Shown: positions 58,160 through 64,000 of the stretch, in pieces
How the letters are laid out: each line of letters starts with the position of its first letter
Numbering within the stretch: the stretch's first letter is position 1
DNA from: Tubiluchus corallicola
Lineage: Eukaryota > Animalia > Priapulida
Direction: 5' to 3'
Assembly: GCA_030141605.1 (NCBI GenBank)
Contig: JAQGDQ010000009.1
Location: forward strand, 930,001 to 994,000
Length of the DNA stretch: 64,000 bases
Notes under the pieces: generated by a model
The model's input: the letters and a program-made list of their open reading frames with translations, nothing else
What the model was told of the DNA's origin: nothing
The model's database searches: none
Made by a program: the position numbers and the translations under genes

Positions 58160-58345
58160 CTCTGATACTTTTCTAGTAAAATGTCTCTTCCCGTACATTG
58201 TACTCATGAACTGGGCTTGTTGACGGTATTGATAATTGTCCAGGTTTCCTCTACTATAGTATCCATGATGTGGCATATCTTGAGCGCCTACAATATTGCG
58301 CTTACGTCCGCCATGCACGTTATTATTGGACATGATCAATGCCAT
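58160..58345 (-). CDS. Candidate alternative first coding exon B (MALIMSNNNV...GYYSRGNLDNYQYRQQAQFM...RKVSE)
   Basis: ATG with an upstream in-frame stop, 62 codons, perfect donor gag|gtgagt in phase 0; paralogous to 62176-62358. Confidence 0.75.
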
Positions 58346-60314
58346 ATCAAAACCTTCCAGTTTATTACCAAATGCTTGGTTGAAGTTGTTTCACTGCTCC
58401 CCACTGTGTTTTCAACTGCATCCAAGTGGCTCGTACTGTTACTCTCTTACGAGGATAGCACCACCTTTTTAATACTACAGTTCGGCTTTTTTTTATTGAA
58501 GAAATCTCGCTGTTTGCTCAATCAAATAACTAAAACATTGATAATTTTTAATACACAGCCAAGGTTAAAGTCAATATTATGTGATTGTTATCCATCCTGC
58601 AGGTAACAATATGTATTACAATTAATTTAATTTCAATCTGATAGACCTGACTAAAACTTAAACATGCCTATATCGCACTGTGCGGATTTAGTGACGCGCT
58701 TCGTGTTTTTCACCTATTCTGACCAAGGGCCACTCACCCACACTATCAATTTGATATTCTTATATTCAAATATTATTTTCTCGAAAGTGTATCCAAACAT
58801 GACTATACTCCAATCGCAGTTCTAATTTCCCTTTTGAGGTATAACATAAAAATAGAACTCAGTTGAAATATTTTGCGGCCAAATTCCGTCTTGAACTTGA
58901 GTACTTTTTATCAGGTATAAACTTGTACAAGTATTTAAACGACTGGCAAGACTACAATACTTTCTCTAGTATATGATAGCCAACTACTGTACAGTATAAG
59001 TACTTGAAATGTGAGTAGATTAAAACCAATCTAGAGACGCACGAAAAAGAAACATTATTAAAGTTTACTGCACTATACAGATAGCATAACCCTTGTTTAC
59101 CACAAAGGACAAGCTTCCAATCGTGGAAGACAACAAGCATCCCAGTCTGTGGCACAATATTAACACTGCTAAGCTCACGTGTAACAATTAGTATACGGAT
59201 ATAATAGTATCACTGAAAATACTCAAGACTAATATTCCTACATAACTGTGAAGGTTTGTTAACGTAGAACTGGAACCTAGCACACACACGCATTGAGTTC
59301 CAACGTCGTCTCACAGTCATGCTAATTTAACAGCGCAAATCTCATAACAACTAATGAACTTTTAAGCAAACACAAAGCGAATAAATTACAGGTAAAAACT
59401 CAAGCTTGACAACATGAATAAGGAGGAAAAAACCTCAAACCACGGATTACAGTTTTAAATTGGCAGATACTTTGGACTACGTGCACTGTATACCATCGTT
59501 TATTTTTGCTGTGACTAGTACGAAATAAAGGAAATGAGTGCCTCAACGAACGACTGAAATTACTAAACAGCGAAACAGAATTAAATAGTGAAGAAACTTC
59601 AATAGGCAACTCTGAAAGAAACCATTGTGAAGACTTTATTCAAGCGAACAAAATGTATCCCACAGAAGCAGGCTAACCTGCGAAAAGAAGAAGTCTGGGA
59701 AGACGTACCGCTAAAATCAAGTTTGAAGAGCCGTGAAATCTCGAAGAAGTGTCAAGATCCAATAGAAAAATGTCAAAGACACTATCAATTTAGAATTATC
59801 ATAAACACGATAACAACTCTTGACATCTACGATGGCCTTTATTTCTTTTCACAGCAGAATGCAATAATTTTCGCCCAAGAAGATAAAATTTGTTATGTAA
59901 CGACCAAGAAACAGAGAACAACGCTGTACAACTACTGAGGATAGTGCTATAAAACAACACAAATTCTCTGACTAACCCCCTTTCTCCTTCTCCCGCTTCT
60001 ATTGTTACCGCAGGATGAATGAACACACGCAATTCTGAAATTAATTAACAGCAGCAAGCAAATTGACAAAATCAATTCAATATCGAAACTTCTTCATAAC
60101 AATAAACGTTGCACAATTTACAATACAAGTAAAACTGAACACCTGAACAGAAATATAATACGACTGCTACCTACACATATCACATTTAATCTAATAAGTA
60201 ATAACAGATCTATCAATCAGCTACCTTGTGCAAACAAAGTCACAACACGTGATGTACATGGTACACAGACGAAGGTGTTTACAAGTCATCTAAAGAGGAA
60301 CTTATAAATTTATA

Positions 60315-60397
60315 AAATAGCAATGTACGCAAGTTTTGTATAATCATGCTGTAAATAAATAGCAATGTACACAAGTTTTGTATAATCATGCTGTAAA
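60315..60397. repeat. Tandem duplication aaatagcaatgtac.caagttttgtataatcatgctgtaaa x2
   Basis: Directly visible, one mismatch. Confidence 0.9.
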
Positions 60398-62175
60398 AAA
60401 CTGACTGAAATAGATCGAGCTCCAGGTCAAAAATGAAGAACCCCAAGTAATAGATAAAAAATAACGTTTAACGTAATTTCGAAAGCCAAGCAAACGTAAA
60501 CATCTTTAAATAGTGAGGTTTTTCCATATTACCCCATACAGAGCAGAGACGTCTACGAAAGACAGCAAAACAGAACTGGACATTTATTGTTCAATACTGT
60601 ATGCGGCTACTGCTCACAGCTAAACTGCCCAAGTTTTACCTGTATGACTCACTATTCTCACCTGTCACATGCCAGCACGTATTTATAATGAACGTCTATA
60701 TAATAAAGGCTATAATGTAGTCAACATGCAGTAGACCTTGTAACAAAACCGGATAAACATAAACAGCGTGCAGTAAAACCTGAAACATCCATTCTATATA
60801 ATTATGTACCCAGTTAAATATAAACAACTGCAGTATGTCCTATTTATAAGAAATACAGTAGGGCTATTTTGCCAATTTTGATTTACATAGCTACCTGGCT
60901 TGCGTGAGCTGTTACGTGTCAGAAGGAAAAGGTCAAAGTGTTCTAAACACAAGAAACTACTACAGTATTACTAATTACAGTATAATTAAAGACATTCAGT
61001 GGTTTTTGTGAACGGCTAATCCGAATCCTGTAACACGCATACTTGTAGCCGGCAGTTTTTGTTATTGCAAATGTGGTTACCACAGACGGTGACTGAAGGA
61101 CACGGCAACGTGTTAAAATTTTAATATGTTTGACCTCTGTGGGTCAATAAATTTGCTACAATGATACAATTATTAAATTTCACCCGATGATAATGGTATT
61201 CGTCACAGCAAGAAATGTTTTACGCTCAAATGTGACTTTGAATTTACAAATAACATAAATTCACGCACAGCCAAAAGTTTATCAGAAACACATCCGTCTT
61301 ACAAATTAGACTTTTATTTTATGTTACCCAACTGAAAATTTAACGGCCATAAACTTACTAATTTTTACATTTAGTAGAAAATTTAAGAAACATTTTAATA
61401 ATAAATTCTTGTGACAAAAAGTACAGCGAGTTTATAAGCACATATGCTGCAAAATCATTCTCAAAAATTAAAAAGAACTTGTCATAAAAACTTAACCATA
61501 TATGATTTTTATGAATTTGTAATCTGTGAATCAATGTGATCTCCAAAAGAACTTTACGTGGAAATCTTGCAAGAAGAATGTGAACTATATCGCACACATG
61601 TAAATGTGTATCATGGCCAGTATTTATAGCCCTAGGCTTTGTGATGAAGCTACACCATAAATTTTGTGAGCGCATTACATATTGCTTAGTGCACAACCAC
61701 ACATTAAAATTCAAACTGCAAGATGAAATCAAGAGCTAGGCCAACTGGGACGCAGCGAAAATTTTCTATGAAGCTACAGTGACTGTGAGTGACAAAAGAC
61801 AAACAGTGATATTCACTGAATGATCTCCTTGCTTAGAAGCATGACAAGCTAATAAAGCCAAAATCGTAACAATCTTAGAAAAAGATCAACATTGCTAGGC
61901 AGCCCTGCATACTCAGTTTCAAGCTCAATATCTTTCGGAAAGTGATTCGTTCTTGGACCAATCCAGAGCCTTCATGAGACCTTACAAAAGCTACACGACG
62001 TTTCTCTAAGACTGACACCTGCTAAATTTCATGATTATCATCAACGCAATGTGATTAAAATAGTTCATCTTGCATAAAAAGTTTTGGGACGCCATCCAAA
62101 TTTGCTAGGAACAGACTTGCCTCGAGCAAGATTTGGTAATGCGTTGATTAAATTTATATATTACCCAGAACTTAC

Positions 62176-62358
62176 CTCTGGGGGCTTCTTTGTCCGATGT
62201 TGCTTCTCGTAGTATAACTCCATGAACTGTGGATACTGTCGATACTGATAACTGTCCAAATTACCACGACTGTAATAGCCATCCGCACTGTTGAAATGTC
62301 GCTTGTGTCCATATCCGAACAAATTACTTTCCTGCATCATTCCTACTTTCATGGCCAT
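62176..62358 (-). CDS. Candidate alternative first coding exon A (MAMKVGMMQE...GYYSRGNLDSYQYRQYPQFM...KKPPE)
   Basis: ATG with an upstream in-frame TAG, 61 codons, perfect donor gag|gtaagt in phase 0; paralogous to 58160-58345. Confidence 0.75.
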
Positions 62359-64000
62359 GTTCTACATACGTACTGTCACAAGTATAGACACCTAATGGCA
62401 CCACCGACAATAAGTAGGATATGTTCTTATTGAAGTTTTTCAACTTTTTAACTCAGTTTTGTTCAGTTCACAAAAATTTTTGACAAATCCAATTTAAAGC
62501 GTCCTAGTGCAATTTCGTCATACCATAACATACTGAAACCACAATAAGCCGCACTTTATTTTCATACCTAGTCATCCATTAAGGCTATTTCATACTACAA
62601 AACAAGAGATTTCACTTTCCACTGTGCACATTCAGAAGAGAAAGGATGCGAAAAATTAAGTCAAACGACCTGGTCTAGATGTCACAGCCTATTTGTGGCT
62701 CCTTCAAACCACCGGAATGTGTCTGTTACAGCTGTTGCACAAACACAACGTGTGTGATATAATTGGGAACACTGACACACTATGAAGAGTTGGTTTTCAA
62801 GCTCATTTGCTGTATAAAATAATGACATGTGAATCGTGGACGTTTTAGTAAACCCTCAACAATTTGAATACACAGACAATATACTAAAGAAAAAGATATG
62901 AGACACAACCAGATCAGAGAAACACACACTAGATACACCCAATTGAAGTGTTGACAAAAACAGCCAAACAAAAAGGAATTTAAGCAAATTTAAAGTCCAG
63001 TTGGAAATCTTTATCTACACTGGCCAAAATGTGTAAAGAGTATGAAAACAAAGATAGGTCAAAAAAGAAAGATTCTTCTCTTAACGAAAGACAAAGAAAA
63101 AATAAATGAATTTGCAATAGTTTGTATAACTACTGCAGCAAACACTTGTGATTTATCATCAGCATTGCCTTTCTTCATGTCTGCTGCATAAAGGTCCTTT
63201 CGTTTTTAAAAAAAGATCATCATTAAGAAGGCTTTATATAAGCCATAATGAGAGGACCTAAGTGTTTTCCTGTGCCCAAGTACTCTCAATATGTGAAAGT
63301 ACTCTGTCTGTTCAATAGCTACGGATAACCACACGTTTCCTGCCAGTTACAAACAAGTCTTGAAAGATGCCAGCTTTTTTCACTCACAATGCAGCCATTG
63401 TGGCTTGGATAATAATCGACAAAGTCAACAAATTCACTTGACTTCCTTACTACTACTAGTGTTTATCTGACCTATAGCCTGGTGGTAATGATAACCGTTA
63501 AATAATGAACTAGTAACAAGTGATAATTGTGTTTATTTGTGCTTAACTGTAATGTAATTTCAGATGAAACAACACGTAAACATTTGAAAGAGTGACTTTT
63601 GTCCCTTCTGTGTAAAACTTTTAAGACTATGAAATCATTAATGCTCACCTCCCTAATTTTAGTAACTTACAATGCATATAAAATTAAATACTTTATTCTA
63701 ATGAAAAGTCATGTGATGTCAAAAGCATTCTAAATTTTTCCTCGCCAAAACTAACTGCATTACCTTTCTATTGTTAGGTAAAAATTCTTATACACTGAAG
63801 ATAAGAAAATATTAAAAAATACAAAAAAGAAAAATATATAACAAAGAATCTGCCGATTATTTGCTGAATCAAAGAATTTGCAAATCTTAAATTAATAAAA
63901 AATTTCAAAAATTTTACAGAAAGTAATATTTTTTAAATTTTTACTGAGAAACATTTTACAAACAAAATTCCTCTATTTACCTCTAGTATAAAAGATTAAA

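Noticed and set aside
59400-61732. Several 70-124 aa ORFs in the ORF track
   Set aside because: Non-ATG starts, low-complexity AT-rich translations and no motifs; expected by chance.
61912-62018. Separate second exon for exon A (VSVLEKRRVAF...)
   Set aside because: The frame is open, but there is no paralogous counterpart downstream of exon B and no recognisable protein features; not excluded without RNA data.

Overview
AT-rich, intron-containing genomic DNA from an invertebrate animal; no prokaryotic features. By manual splice-site and phase analysis the window holds: (1) the 3' end of an unidentified + strand gene (exons 1719-1920 and 5750-5907) whose last intron contains an intronless family-92 glycosyltransferase ORF that can also be spliced in frame as an alternative last exon; (2) a complete 8-exon minus-strand Regnase/ZC3H12-family RNase (about 981 aa; UBA-like NTD, NYN/PIN, CCCH finger, C-terminal domain) that also carries an N4BP1/KHNYN-type tandem KH-like N-terminus; (3) a minus-strand GCKIII kinase (STK24/25/26 orthologue) with 11 shared exons and at least three phase-0 candidate first coding exons, two of which are old duplicates sharing an unrecognised motif (GYYSRGNLDxYQYRQxxQFM) that appears to be under purifying selection; (4) a two-exon secreted ZP-N-only protein nested antisense in the probable last kinase intron. 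Repeats include hAT MITEs, a probable solo LTR, CR1/SINE relics, a local duplication and a compound microsatellite. All family assignments come from recognised motifs, not database searches.
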